A DNA stretch of 64,000 nucleotides. It comes from an uncultured Spirochaetota bacterium. Its GTDB lineage: Bacteria; Spirochaetota; Brevinematia; Brevinematales; JAOACQ01. Position 1 is the first letter of the stretch, and each line of letters begins with the position of its first letter. The stretch is from the NCBI GenBank assembly GCA_963835575.1, contig CAWIGG010000006.1:64001-128000 (forward strand), written 5' to 3'. Shown here piece after piece: positions 31,453 through 43,802 of this stretch. A program made the translations under genes and the position numbers. Below the pieces are notes generated by a model, which saw only the letters and a list, made by a program, of their open reading frames with translations, was not told where the DNA came from and ran no database searches.

Positions 31453-32037
31453 TTATTCCCCTTTCCGGGCTTCCATAAAAGCCCGGATACATGCTGTCTT
31501 AAAGCGATAGAGAGACTCAGTTGCGCCGGTGACTGCGTCCAGATGATAAACTTCCTGATCTCTCATCAGTCCGTCCTGGAGCATCCCGAATATCTCATCC
31601 GCACTCAAACCTGTCCCTGCCAGGTATGGCAGGGTCATACCATACTTCATATTGCGGTTGTACATTTCATCATTCCTTTTACTTCCATACCCGTTTGTTT
31701 CATCATAGAATACCGATTTGATCCTGCCCTGTTTTATTTCAATGATTATAACATCATCATAATACCGGCTGGTGCTCATAGTGCCTTTTTCCTGATGTTT
31801 TGCCGCCGCTTTGATTATTCCATCCCTGCAATCAGCCGGAGAAACAGGAAGCCGGTATTCCCTTACCATATCCTCAAACGTTTTACGGATATATTTCTTG
31901 GTGCCGAGAAAACCGTTGGACAGGTTCTTGTCAAAATGATCAAGGGCTTCCTTCTTCTGATCTAGTGAATATTTTTCTCCGGCAGAACAGGCTGAAAAGT
32001 ATAATAAGGGAAGCAGTATGAAAAGTGCTGTTTTCAT
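31453..32037 (-). CDS. FMN-binding domain lipoprotein
   Basis: Lipobox FSAC; DAVTGATES flavinylation-type motif. Confidence 0.75.
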   Translation of the reverse strand: MKTALFILLPLLYFSACSAGEKYSLDQKKEALDHFDKNLSNGFLGTKKYIRKTFEDMVREYRLPVSPADCRDGIIKAAAKHQEKGTMSTSRYYDDVIIIEIKQGRIKSVFYDETNGYGSKRNDEMYNRNMKYGMTLPYLAGTGLSADEIFGMLQDGLMRDQEVYHLDAVTGATESLYRFKTACIRAFMEARKGE

Positions 32038-32072
32038 TACATTATCTCCTTTTTTATGGGAATAATCGTATT

Positions 32073-32280
32073 AAGGGCAGTTCCAAAAACTAAAAATTTA
32101 TCAGATATTTCCACAACAGGTTTTGGAACTGCCCCGATTAAAAAATTCCTTGTGAATGCAAATGGCGCTACCGTATAGAGTTCGCTGGTCGGCTTTCTTT
32201 TCAGACAGCGAACTCGAGCGGTAGCATGAACTCATACAATAGCGGCAGTTCTAAATATTTGAGTTTTTAGAACTGCCCTT
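32073..32280. mobile_element. MITE-like composite of GGCAGTTC hairpins
   Basis: AAGGGCAGTTCCAAAAACT ... AGTTTTTAGAACTGCCCTT, with hairpin units at both ends and an internal stem. Confidence 0.65.
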
Positions 32281-32560
32281 TAATAATTATGATCTATATG
32301 GGGAAAATTATACTTGAGGTCAAGATTAAAATCAAAAATCGATGTTTAATCAAAATAGAGCTTCCGGTTTTTATTAAATAAATTCCCGGTTCAGCCTGAA
32401 ATTGTCAAAATAGAGTTGAATGATACGGATTTAAAAAAAAGACGGGAACTGATCGTTCAAACAGGGCCGGGAAAGCGGTTCTTCAGACGGCCTGCAAGTG
32501 AAAGTAAATTTAAATTCTTTCTTATGTTTTCAATATTTTAATAATTAGAAAACATTCTCT

Positions 32561-33067
32561 TTAAAAAGTCAATGCGAACACGGTCGCGCTCACGTTCATA
32601 TTCTGTGTCGACGTGCCGTCCCAGGTGGAAATAGCCCAGACCTCCGCCATTGACAATAATACGGAATAGATATAATAGAGATCATCATCGCTGTAAATTA
32701 AATAATTAAAAACATTCGCGCTGATAAAAGCGAGGTCCCATAAATTGTTTTTAAAAAACAGATTTGCCACAGGATTCATTTCATTGTTTCTGATATCCAA
32801 ACCGTCGACGATATGGGTTTTGTAGAGGCCCGGTTTTGTATATACATAAATGTCCTGATATATAAGATAAACCGCCTGGCTGTAATTGAACATCTTCAGA
32901 AGCTGATAGTCGCTCCGGGTTTCGCTTTTTTGTACCGGAGGTTCGGCCAAAGTTTCCATTATTGCTGTCTGATTATCGCTTAAAATACCAATATCTTCTA
33001 ATAAGAACCCGTTTTGAACGGGATGAAGCGTTAAAAGGGAATTTATAATCAAATTTGTAACCGCCAT
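32561..33067 (-). CDS. Hypothetical protein
   Basis: 168-aa ORF with GGAG RBS; C-terminal Phe. Confidence 0.55.
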   Translation of the reverse strand: MAVTNLIINSLLTLHPVQNGFLLEDIGILSDNQTAIMETLAEPPVQKSETRSDYQLLKMFNYSQAVYLIYQDIYVYTKPGLYKTHIVDGLDIRNNEMNPVANLFFKNNLWDLAFISANVFNYLIYSDDDLYYIYSVLLSMAEVWAISTWDGTSTQNMNVSATVFALTF

Positions 33068-33218
33068 AAAAGGCTCCCCGAAAACCTTCCTTAATTTGAT
33101 TAAAATTCCTTTCGCGGCTGTTAGTAAAACTCATTTACATTTGAGAGGATTTTCTATACTATATACGCATAAAACAGTCCATTGACGAATTATGTGATAA
33201 AAGAAACAGATAATGATA

Positions 33219-34863
33219 CCCGGATTATTCACCTGAAAAAAAGTATAAAAAAAGCCGCGTAACTTTACTCTTTATGATATAATTAATTGCGACCTAAAAA
33301 TACCCCAAAGAGGAGATACGCGGTGAAAACAGTATGTCATAAACAAGAAGAAAAATCAAGCGGTTTTGCCTTTTTAGGCAAGACTATTGAGATGGACTGG
33401 AACGGCGGCGACATATCCACTGACGGCGGGCTGTTTCTGGTATCCGGGCTCTTAAAAAAGACCGGAATTATCAATAGAATATCCGGTTGTATTGAGGATT
33501 GCAGGGACCAGGACCGGATAATTCATGAAATGAGTGAATTGATCGGACAACGGGTCAGCCAAATGATCATGGGGTATGAAGACACCAACGACGCGGGAGT
33601 ATTACGGTATGACCCGATGTTTAAATTCGCGGCAGGGCGTTTACCTGAAAGCGGAGATACCCTGTCCAGCCAGCCGACGCTGTCCAGGCTTGAGAACAGC
33701 ATAAACCTTCGGGATATAACGAAGCTTGATTTCTGTATGACGGACTGGTACATTGACAGCTTGATAGAGCGTAAAGCGGAAAGTGTTGTTCTTGACATAG
33801 ACGGCACGGATGATCCGACGCATGGTAAACAGGAAGGAAGCCTGTTCAACGGTTTTTATGAACAAACGATGTACTCACCGCTGATTGTTTGTGACGGAGA
33901 TACCGGAGACCTTGCGGCGATTAAACTGCGGCAGGGAAACGCGGGTCCGGCAAAGGACGCGCTTGCTATGATCAGGAGAATTGTTTTGGCAATAAGGAGG
34001 CGACAACCGGAGATCCGGATAATCCTGCGAGGTGACGCCGGATTTGAAAACCCGAAGATATACGAATATTGCGAACAAAATGATCTCCATTATATTCTGG
34101 GAATAAAGGGTTACCGGAGATTGGAGAAGAGGACAAGAAAGCTATCCCGCAGGGCAAAGACATATTTTCAAAAAAGCGGGAAAGAAAAGACGCTTCATAC
34201 GAATTTCAAATACCGTGCACAAAGCTGGGAAAAAGAACGAATGATTATCGCCCGGATACGCTGCAATGAATTGGGACAGGACACCCGTTATCTGATAACC
34301 AATTGGAAATTTTCAAAGGCAAGGTATGCATACAGATTCTATGCGAAGCGTGGAGATATGGAAAACCGGATCAAGGAACTGAAAAAGGATATGAATCTTG
34401 ACCGTTTGAGCTGCCATCGATATATGGCAAATTATTTCCGGCTGATTCTTGCGGGTTTTGCCTATCAATGCATGCAGCGCTTAAGGAAGGGATTGAAAGG
34501 TACAGAATATGAGAAAGCGCAAGCCGACACTATACGGTTAAAAATTCTGAAAGTTGCTGTACAGGTAAAAGAAACAGTCCGGAGAGTATGGCTGCATTTT
34601 TGCTCAAGTTTCACTGAAAAAGCGGTATTTCAAAGGCTCTCGGACAGCTTTGCGTAATGAAAGCCTTTCTGGATGTTTTTGACTCCGCTTAAAGAAGGGG
34701 GAAACTGCGCCCTTGTAACTGCAAAAAACAGATTTTTGAAAAGTTAGAAAGGATTGGACGGAAAAACGGAAGGTTAACTGACAAATTTATGCGGCCGCTT
34801 GAACAGCCGGGCAGTTTTTTATAGAAAATACACCCTCTGTGGGGGTGAGATGAATAATGCGGG
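33219..34863 (+). mobile_element. IS1380-family insertion sequence
   Basis: IRs CCCGGATTATTCACCT / AGATGAATAATGCGGG; short (G)ATA flank duplication, exact boundary ambiguous. Confidence 0.9.
33323..34657 (+). CDS. IS1380-family transposase
   Basis: STDGGL, GYEDTND, SQPTLSRLEN, LDIDGT, RGDAGF, YAKRGDMENRIKE; GTG start after AGGAG. Confidence 0.96.
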   Translation: MKTVCHKQEEKSSGFAFLGKTIEMDWNGGDISTDGGLFLVSGLLKKTGIINRISGCIEDCRDQDRIIHEMSELIGQRVSQMIMGYEDTNDAGVLRYDPMFKFAAGRLPESGDTLSSQPTLSRLENSINLRDITKLDFCMTDWYIDSLIERKAESVVLDIDGTDDPTHGKQEGSLFNGFYEQTMYSPLIVCDGDTGDLAAIKLRQGNAGPAKDALAMIRRIVLAIRRRQPEIRIILRGDAGFENPKIYEYCEQNDLHYILGIKGYRRLEKRTRKLSRRAKTYFQKSGKEKTLHTNFKYRAQSWEKERMIIARIRCNELGQDTRYLITNWKFSKARYAYRFYAKRGDMENRIKELKKDMNLDRLSCHRYMANYFRLILAGFAYQCMQRLRKGLKGTEYEKAQADTIRLKILKVAVQVKETVRRVWLHFCSSFTEKAVFQRLSDSFA

Positions 34864-35026
34864 ATAAAAGTCCAATATTCTGAAAATTAACTTATGAAAT
34901 CAATTAAGAAAGGGAAACTTGAAAAACGCTCAGTTTAACATGAGAAGTGCGTCAATATGCCGCAGGTCCCATGAAAAACATCGAAAATCTGTATGCCAGT
35001 TATGCCTGAAATACCGGGTAAGGCTA

Positions 35027-35945
35027 TCAATCCAGGTCTTTTTTATTCACCTCAAAGATCAATGTCTTTTCCGCGATCTGCTTGACGGTTTTTCCCACGC
35101 AGCCGCGGGGGATCAGCCAGCAGACAGCCCTTTCGCCTTTAAAATACTTCATCGCCGAAGTCAGGGCTTTTTTAAGCGAATAAGGTTTGGTCGAGACAAT
35201 ATTGGTCATGATCATCAGCCAGTTGACGGAGTAGTGGCTGATGTTTGAGCCCTGCTTTAAAAGCTGCGTGACGGAAGGGCCGGACGTCTTCTTTTTCGCG
35301 TGGCCGAAATCAGGCGCTTCCGCTTTCCCGACAGGGTTGAGCTTTACCGCCCTGCAGAAATCGGAGGATGCCCACTCTGCGACAGCTTTAGAAGAAGCGA
35401 TTTTGGAATAATTACAGCCGTATATATCGATGATCAACTCAAAAGCGGACGAAAAACCCTCTTCCACTGGAAGCTTGAAATCTTTTGAAAAGACTTTTGA
35501 GACTTCTGTCATTTTAGGGAGCAGAACAGTGCCGGCGGGCAGAAGCTTTTTATTGTCCTTAGCAAGACAGGCTTCATATATAAAGCTTTTCTTGCGGATC
35601 TCCCTGACATCTGAAAACGACCCGCGGGGAACATGCCAGCAAATGCCGTTCATGGCCCCGTAATAAGACAGTGTATAGGAAACGGCGTCTTCAACCGGAA
35701 GATAGGCGCATGTAAAACAGTTCGCGCATCCTGTCGCTCCATACTGCCTGTAATTGATGGCGCTAGTCTCTATATACTGAACGAGCGTATCGCCCTCGCC
35801 GAATTCCCGGTTTGAGACCATGGGCTCGCCGTAGGCGATCATATTGATGGCCTCGCATGTTTCTCTGCTCCATCTCGCTATTCTGGAGACGGAAGGGATT
35901 TTTTTGCTGCCGAGCGCGATGTCCATGACGGCTTCCTCGCCATAT

Positions 35946-35953
<8 letters not shown>
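35027..35953 (-). CDS. Tandem S-adenosylmethionine decarboxylase-like (SpeD-fold) domains, probably the C-terminal part of a SpeE fusion
   Basis: Domain 1 QYIETSAI...FTC; domain 2 ELIIDIYGC...GPSVTQLL..SNISH; removing one G at 35954-35955 joins it to speE. Confidence 0.7.
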
Positions 35954-36818
<865 letters not shown>

Positions 36819-37136
36819 TTTATTTTCCTTTTCAAAGCCTTTCCAGCCGGTTTAAACAAAAAACCCGGTTTAAAAGGCCGTATTAAACGGCTTGATGAAA
36901 ATGAGATAATTCATTTACTCATCATCAAAAAAGCCGGACATAATTTTATTATAATAAGCGGAGAATGTCAAGAAGGGGGAATTGAAGGGTAAATTGATAT
37001 TGTGAATAAAATTTCATTTTTTCTTTTTGGAGATGGATCAGAAGGATATATAAAAAATAAATTTGAAAATATTTTCACAGTTAATTAAAATAAATATAAA
37101 TGATTTATCTATGATCAATTAAAAAGGAGGGAATTT

Positions 37137-38552
37137 ATGCGTATTATTATTTTGAGTTTTCTTACGTTTATGTTTCTCCTTGTCCTGGGCGGTTGTTCCC
37201 TGAAGTCCGGGGGCGGCGGGAACTCGGGCGGAACGGGTACACAGAATTCTTCATCGAGCGTAGTTTCTCTGTCTTTTCCGGCCGGAACGGCCGGTGTTTC
37301 CACTAATATCGGAAGCCTGACAATTTCAATTCCCTCAGGCGCGCTGGACCACAACGAAACAATAACGGTCATTCCGTATTTTTATTCTTCAGAACTGGCG
37401 GCGGTCAGGGGGATCAGCCCGTTCCCTTCCGGAGTGCAGTTCCTGCCCGACGGCCTTTCCTTCCTGAAGCCGGTAACCATTGAGATACCGACCGAACTCC
37501 CCATGGCCACAAACTCGAATTACGGGATTTTTCTATTTAACAGCCTTTCCAACCGGTGGGAACAGCAGACAAATTCAGGGTTCTGCTTTGATACCGAAAT
37601 AGTCCGTTATCAGATAAGCCATTTCTGCACATACGGCGTTTCCCCATGGACCGGTGAAGGTCTCGGGACTTTCGGCCAGGTTCTTGAAACCTCCGGCGGG
37701 GATGCGGCCTATGCCGCGTTAAAGGCTTCCATTCTTCAGGGCGGAGCGATCTTCCAGATGAAAAAGAAAGTCGGCGGGGACACCTACCAGGTCTGCGGCG
37801 TCGGGTTTGACGTCCAGTACAGCTACAACGGCGACGAAGACCAGTATCTTGAAACAGTGGGCGACACCTCTTCGACAACCACCTATCTGAACTACAGCGA
37901 GGACCGTATTGCTTCCGGAGGCCAGCTGGTCTATACCGCCCTGGTGACGCTTTACTGGAAAAAAGTCGATCTGGAAAAATACAAGGTTGATATGACGTTT
38001 AGTGTTACCAGCTCGACTTTCGACCTGGGGGGCGGAGACAGCACCACGCTTTCGGGATACAGCGCCTCATTGAGCTTTACCGTCACGGTCGACCCTTCGA
38101 CAAACGGCGTGTTTGTCATCGGCATGGACCCGAACTATCCGGCGCTGGAATACAGTCCTATGAATCAAAGCCTGGGAGGCTGGACGCTGTCGACGTCGGA
38201 TTCCGATTTGTGGTTCCAGAACCTCCAGTGCCCTTCAACCCTGGACCTGGAGGATGGAATATTCGGGGAAATCACCACGGCCCCCGGAACCAGTTATTTT
38301 TTTATTTTTCCTGATGATAACATTGCCTCGGTGGAGATGTGGAGCGCTGATGAGCATGGAAATCCGGTGTATGCCACGAGTCTTTACCTGTGGGCAATAT
38401 TAAGGCAGTTTACCGACGAAACAATTGAAAACGACGGGTTCCCCATGGTTCTTTCCGACGGCTGGAGTTCAAGCGGGTCCGGCGTCATGTACGGGGATAT
38501 GGGAAGTATTTTTAACGGCAGTTATACGATCAATGTCTCCAAAGTGCAGTAA
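37137..38552 (+). CDS. Lipoprotein with a ZU5-like N-terminal domain
   Basis: Lipobox LGGC; LTISIPSGAL, FLPDGLSFLKPVTIEIP, ISHF. Confidence 0.7.
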   Translation: MRIIILSFLTFMFLLVLGGCSLKSGGGGNSGGTGTQNSSSSVVSLSFPAGTAGVSTNIGSLTISIPSGALDHNETITVIPYFYSSELAAVRGISPFPSGVQFLPDGLSFLKPVTIEIPTELPMATNSNYGIFLFNSLSNRWEQQTNSGFCFDTEIVRYQISHFCTYGVSPWTGEGLGTFGQVLETSGGDAAYAALKASILQGGAIFQMKKKVGGDTYQVCGVGFDVQYSYNGDEDQYLETVGDTSSTTTYLNYSEDRIASGGQLVYTALVTLYWKKVDLEKYKVDMTFSVTSSTFDLGGGDSTTLSGYSASLSFTVTVDPSTNGVFVIGMDPNYPALEYSPMNQSLGGWTLSTSDSDLWFQNLQCPSTLDLEDGIFGEITTAPGTSYFFIFPDDNIASVEMWSADEHGNPVYATSLYLWAILRQFTDETIENDGFPMVLSDGWSSSGSGVMYGDMGSIFNGSYTINVSKVQ

Positions 38553-38643
38553 AGCATCCGGAGAATGTGACATAAATTCAAGGCTTCATATCCTTCTGTC
38601 ATTAAAACGGCTTGACCGGCCAATATTATAGCCTTTGCTTAAT

Positions 38644-38672
38644 TTGACAATTTACTACAAGTGTAGTATATT
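38644..38672 (+). promoter_or_regulatory. Promoter with a BlaI/MecI/CopY-type operator
   Basis: TTGACA-17-TATATT overlapping TACTAC-AAGT-GTAGTA (38653-38668). Confidence 0.75.
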
Positions 38673-38696
38673 TTATCCTATTTTGAAGGAGAAAAA

Positions 38697-39455
38697 ATGC
38701 ATAGATATTTGAGGAAGGGGATTTTATTATTGATTCCATTATTGCTTGTTGTCTTCGGATTGTCATTCGGCGAAAGCCCCGGTACCGATCCTCTCTGGCA
38801 GAAAGCCGTTGAAATTGCCGGTAAAAACACAAACTGGATCCCCGGAAGTATGGTTATAAAAAACTATGTGCTGGAAGACAATGGTAATGTCAAGAAAGCC
38901 GAGGAAATAACAATGAAAGTATACCTGGATGAGAGCAATCAGCTTAAATCGGATATGGTAAAATATCTGGAAAACGGTGTTGACGTGACGGAAAGAAAGA
39001 AAAATGATATTGAGCAGGCGCAGAGGAGAAATAGGAGTACCAATCAAGGTCAGGGGATGGTTGTGGGCTTTGATAATTTGATTCCTTTCATGCCGGGCGA
39101 ACAGACAAATATCTCGCTCAGCAATACCGGCCGGAAAGTGACCTATGAAAACAGGGAATTCATCATTTACGACTATAAAAGAATAATGATTAGAGGCGAA
39201 AGACAGATTGGCAGGGCCTGGCTCGATTCTGTAACAGGCATACCTCTGAAAATCGTTTATACCGTCGATCCGCTTCCGCAGTATGTATTCAGGATAACGA
39301 ACGAGGTGGTGTTTCAGACCGGCAGAAAAGGCGGATGGTATCCCGAAAGACTGACCGTGGACGGCTCCGGAGGATTCATTCTGTTTAAAATGAATATGAA
39401 CAGCACGACATTCTTCTCAGATTTCTGGAACCAGGATAAAGTTAAGAAGAAATAA
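38697..39455 (+). CDS. Hypothetical secreted beta-rich protein
   Basis: AAGGAG RBS; signal peptide. Confidence 0.7.
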   Translation: MHRYLRKGILLLIPLLLVVFGLSFGESPGTDPLWQKAVEIAGKNTNWIPGSMVIKNYVLEDNGNVKKAEEITMKVYLDESNQLKSDMVKYLENGVDVTERKKNDIEQAQRRNRSTNQGQGMVVGFDNLIPFMPGEQTNISLSNTGRKVTYENREFIIYDYKRIMIRGERQIGRAWLDSVTGIPLKIVYTVDPLPQYVFRITNEVVFQTGRKGGWYPERLTVDGSGGFILFKMNMNSTTFFSDFWNQDKVKKK

Positions 39456-39602
39456 TCAGGGCAAAAGTTAATAACCAAAGAGATGTGAATTTCACCAAGA
39501 AGAACGGACCAATTTTTCCTGGTGCCGCTTCAATATTGAATCTTCCGCTAAGCCGCGCGAAGTCACGCCAATAATTAAAAAGTATTCTTGAAAAATTAAT
39601 AA

Positions 39603-39685
39603 TTTCACACAGGGCCCACAGAGTTCGCGGAGCTATAATAAAGATTAACTTGAAAACTCTGTGTCCTCTGTGAACTCTGTATGAA
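39603..39685. repeat. Gene-less CACAGAG-type element, preceded by an orphan CGCTAA arm at 39541-39573
   Basis: TTTCACACAGGGCCCACAGAG ... CTCTGTGTCCTCTGTGAACTCTGTATGAAA. Confidence 0.75.
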
Positions 39686-39713
39686 AAACAAATACCAATC
39701 TATCCTTCTTTTA

Positions 39714-41641
39714 CTAATAGTTGGAAATCCATTCCGCGCAGCAGATGTTGCTGTTGGAAAGATTGGTCCCGTACATTGCGATAATATTATCGTAAATCGC
39801 TTTTGCCGCGGCAGAAGAATTATGGTATGGGCACAGGCAGATCCCTTCATCTTCCTTTACTATGATAATATGGACAGCCGTACGGCCCGACCAATAGATC
39901 GCCGATTACGGTCCCGGGGCTGACCTCCTGGCCGGCTGAAACTTTGATCGCGTTCAATTGATTTGTCAGGAACCCTATCGCCGCGCTTGGTTCGAAGACC
40001 AGGCTGACTGTATAGGAACTGTTAATATAAATATTCACTGAAACCATAATCTGGTAAGGCGGAGTGGAAAGGCTGTTGGTATTGTAATTGATATATTGTA
40101 TAGTCCCGTAAGTCGGCGATATGATAGCGCTTTTTGTCAGATTGGTTTTAATTTTGAGGTCGATGCCGTTATGCGGCTTGCCCGGGCCGCTCCAGTCCGG
40201 GGTCGCGAACGCGGCCACGTAATCAATATCATCCGGGTGCGCGTAATGAAATTCCAGCGGCATAAATGTGAATTCCTTAAAGCCGCCGGGAACATCTGGC
40301 AGATTGTTCGTGTCCCTGCCGAAGGCTAAAACGGTACCGTTTGTTACGCTGAAGTCGGAAGGCCTCGGTATGTCTCCCGGCTGGTTGACTTTATAGAGTA
40401 AAACGCCGTTTGACAGCTGGTAGATCCCCGGAAATGTTTTGCCGTTATAATTTGTGTCGCTCGCGGATGTTATTGTAAAATTTATTATTTTCGGGACGGT
40501 GTTCGTGTTTAAGTTTATTATTCCCGCGAAGAGCATCGTATTCGCGTTATTTCCCAATAGACAGTAATTTCCGGAAAGCGTCATATGCCAGGTTTTACCG
40601 TACCAAACGCCTTCCAGTTCTGTTTCAGACGCCGGCTTCATATTTCCCATGCCGTTGCCATGGAATTGAGAGGCCGAGCTGGGGATTTCCGATTCGGCGG
40701 GAGTGTCGGTAATGATGTCGAAATATTCCCCTCCGGCGACCATGGCGTCAACATCCCCTTGATAAAGAGAAGAAGTTGAATTACTGCCTGCGTCGCTCAT
40801 GCCCTGTAATGTTGATACGTCCGCGTCCGACGGGAAATCGAAGTATTTTTCAGCAGGGACAGAGTTATTATCCTTGATTTTAAACAGGAAGGTATTGCCG
40901 CTTCCCTTTGATATGCCGCTGCCTGCAAACCATGCCCGGTAGGAAGCGGCGCCGCCGTTCCATTTGCCTGTCAGGAGTTTGGTGAACCGGTGAGTATTTG
41001 TGTTCCCCTCCAGGTGTGTTCTTTGGGAATAAGCTGAATTCGTATATTCCACATAGCATACCAGGTCTATGTTTATATTGCCCGTTCCTTCATCAAAGTA
41101 TCCCTGCATGATGCCGCGCTCCCTCTGGCTGGAGGAATATTCACGGTACCAGCTGAGAAGGCAGTAATCAACGGTCCCGTCTTTTTTACCAGCGAAATAG
41201 TTCGCCTGGTCAGCGCTTTCCCGGTTCAGGATTTTATTATAAGTATTATCGGTCCTTCAAAAATTATAAGGAGATGTGAGTTTGATGTCCCCTGCTGAAG
41301 TGCCGCCGGTCATACATTCGTTATAAAATGATCCGGCCTGATAGAGGAATTTGTAGATGTTGTCCAGCCCGGTTTTGTTTGTGCCGCTGTCGGTACCGGG
41401 ATCATAGTCTTTAAATGTATTGTATAGTTCAAAGATCGGTCCTCCCCAATTCCAGTTTGCTCTCGACGCTTTTGATGAGCCTTCTTGAAAATCAGGAGCG
41501 GCGTTTTTAGCGGCCTCAAAAAAAATATTTTTCTGCGTATTATTATTGCCGCTGGTGCCGGTATTATTGATATTGTTTTATGCATCCTGTAAAACAAAAT
41601 GTAATTAACGCCGGAATAATCAGAGAAAGGGATTTTTTCAT
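39714..41641 (-). pseudogene. Large lipoprotein with a C-terminal M23-like domain; multiple frameshifts
   Basis: MKKSLSLIIPALITFCFTGC lipobox at 41641; frameshifts near 41575 and 41255, probably also 39870; HNGID and V.AGQ.V..G..IG M23-like motifs. Confidence 0.6.
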
Positions 41642-41850
41642 ATTCAGCCCCTCTATTAAATTGTATATCAGATAAATTACACAGACGTATGATGGAAGAG
41701 TAATTTATAGACATTTTATTATATAATAATAATCCCGGCGAAACAATAAAAAAACAGGAATGTTTAAAAACAATTTTAAATCAAATTTCCATTTTATTTA
41801 CTTTCCTTTATGACTTTATTAAAATTATGCCTGAAAGATGGGGTTTTATT

Positions 41851-43746
41851 ATGCGGTTGAAACATATTAATAAACACGTCCGGTTTTTTCATCTGATTAT
41901 TTTATGCTTTTTTTTAACGGGATTATCTTTCGGCGATGCCTGGAAGCTGGTCTGGAGCGATGAATTCAACAGCAATCAGATCGACAGGACAAAATGGAAT
42001 TTCGCGCTCGGGGGCATCGGCTTCGGAAATAATGAGCTGGAGTATTATACCGACAGGCCGCAGAACGCCTCTGTGGAAAACGGCAGTCTGATCATAAAAG
42101 CCGTAAAAGAACCCTATATGAGCTGTTCTTATACTTCGGCAAAAATGACGACGCAGAGGAAAGCATTCTGGACATACGGCCGGTTTGAGATAAGAGCGAA
42201 GCTTCCCTCGGGCAAAGGCATCTGGCCGGCATTCTGGCTGATGCCGGAGGATTGGGAAAGCCCGAATAGCGAATACGGCGGATGGCCTTCATGCGGCGAG
42301 GCTGACATTATGGAGCTGATCGGAAGCGATCCTTCGACTGTATTCGGGACCCTTCATTATGGGGTTCCCTGGACTCACACGGGAGGTTCAAACACATTGC
42401 CCGCCGGGATGAGCTTTTCCGATGATTATCATATCTTCGCCCTGGAATGGGAACCGGGAGAATTCCGCTGGTATGTTGACGGCAGGCTTTACCTGACGCA
42501 GAACAGCTGGTTCGGCAGGAGGGAGACGGAAGCTTATGAATACACATACCCGGCCCCTTTTGACCGGGATTTCTTCCTTCAGCTTAACCTGGCCGTCGGC
42601 GGGAACTGGCCGGGCAGTCCCGGCAGTAATACGCGGTTTCCTCAAACATTAGCAATTGATTATGTCCGTGTGTACCGGAAGGACAATTACCCGCCGCTGA
42701 AGGAAAGGAAGGCGCCGGTTATCACTGAAAGCGTTGTACCGCTGAGGCCGGCGCTGCCTGATGGAAATCTTATCTATAACGGGAATTTCGATGAGACAAA
42801 CATAAAAGAATACCCTCTTTACAGTGTTGTCGAGGATTCCATGATTTCGGACACAGCGGCAAACGGTTACTGGCAGTTCCTGACCGGCTTCGCGGGCGAG
42901 GGGACTTTTTCGATTAATAAAGGCGAATTCAGGGCCGGCATAAAACTGCCGGGCAGGGAAAGCTATTCCATCCAGCTTGTCCAGATCCCCATCCTGCTTG
43001 AGAAGGAAGCGGCATATAAGCTGTCCTTTGACGCCCGGGGGGAAAAACCGCGTACGATCATGGTCAAGCTGACGGAAATCGGCGGTTCCTGGACGGCTTA
43101 TTCAGGCCTGAAATTTTTCAACCTGACAACTAAAATGGAAAATTACAGCTTTGTCTTTACCATGAAAGGGGAAACGGATAAAAGGGCGCGCCTGGAATTC
43201 AATATGGGCCTGGACCTGTCATCCGTTTATCTTGATAATATCAGTTTTACAAAGATAAACAGCGCGAAGCTGGAAAAAACGCCTTTACCGGACGGCAATT
43301 ATATTTACAACGGCACGTTTGACCAGGGATCAAACAGGATGGTTGAGTGGCATTTGACGGCAGACGGCGGAGCTTCAGCAGAAGCTTCTGTTGGAAGTGA
43401 AATTCAGGAACGGAACGCAAAAATCACGATAAAAGATCCGGGGAAGGAAGCATCTTCCATAATGTTCTATCAGGAAGGACTGAGAATTGAAAAGGGAAAA
43501 TCGTATATCGTCCGGTTTTCCGCGAGGTCTTCAGAGAAGAGGAGCATCCAGGCCGGGTTAACCGGGAGCGGCAATGATCCGCGGTCTTATTACAATCAGA
43601 CGGTAATTCTTTCGCCCGATATGGAAATATACGCGCTTGAATTTAAAATGAAACAGGAGACCGATAAAAACGCGCGGCTGGTTTTCCGGCTGGGAAAAGA
43701 AAACCCGCAGGTTATTATTGACGATGTCAGTATGTTTGTAAAATAG
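41851..43746 (+). CDS. GH16 beta-1,3-glucanase-like enzyme with two CBM4/9-like modules
   Basis: WSDEF, GIWPAFW, GEADIME (ExDxxE), NLAVGG, DYVRVY; two NG.FD...IDD/LDN modules. Confidence 0.92.
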   Translation: MRLKHINKHVRFFHLIILCFFLTGLSFGDAWKLVWSDEFNSNQIDRTKWNFALGGIGFGNNELEYYTDRPQNASVENGSLIIKAVKEPYMSCSYTSAKMTTQRKAFWTYGRFEIRAKLPSGKGIWPAFWLMPEDWESPNSEYGGWPSCGEADIMELIGSDPSTVFGTLHYGVPWTHTGGSNTLPAGMSFSDDYHIFALEWEPGEFRWYVDGRLYLTQNSWFGRRETEAYEYTYPAPFDRDFFLQLNLAVGGNWPGSPGSNTRFPQTLAIDYVRVYRKDNYPPLKERKAPVITESVVPLRPALPDGNLIYNGNFDETNIKEYPLYSVVEDSMISDTAANGYWQFLTGFAGEGTFSINKGEFRAGIKLPGRESYSIQLVQIPILLEKEAAYKLSFDARGEKPRTIMVKLTEIGGSWTAYSGLKFFNLTTKMENYSFVFTMKGETDKRARLEFNMGLDLSSVYLDNISFTKINSAKLEKTPLPDGNYIYNGTFDQGSNRMVEWHLTADGGASAEASVGSEIQERNAKITIKDPGKEASSIMFYQEGLRIEKGKSYIVRFSARSSEKRSIQAGLTGSGNDPRSYYNQTVILSPDMEIYALEFKMKQETDKNARLVFRLGKENPQVIIDDVSMFVK

Positions 43747-43802
43747 TTTTTTTATTAGAAATAACTAATCATAGAGTATAATTCTTAAGTAATATGTGTT
43801 GT

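Noticed and set aside
41310..41714. 134-aa ORF
   Set aside because: Wrong frame of the frameshifted lipoprotein starting at 41641
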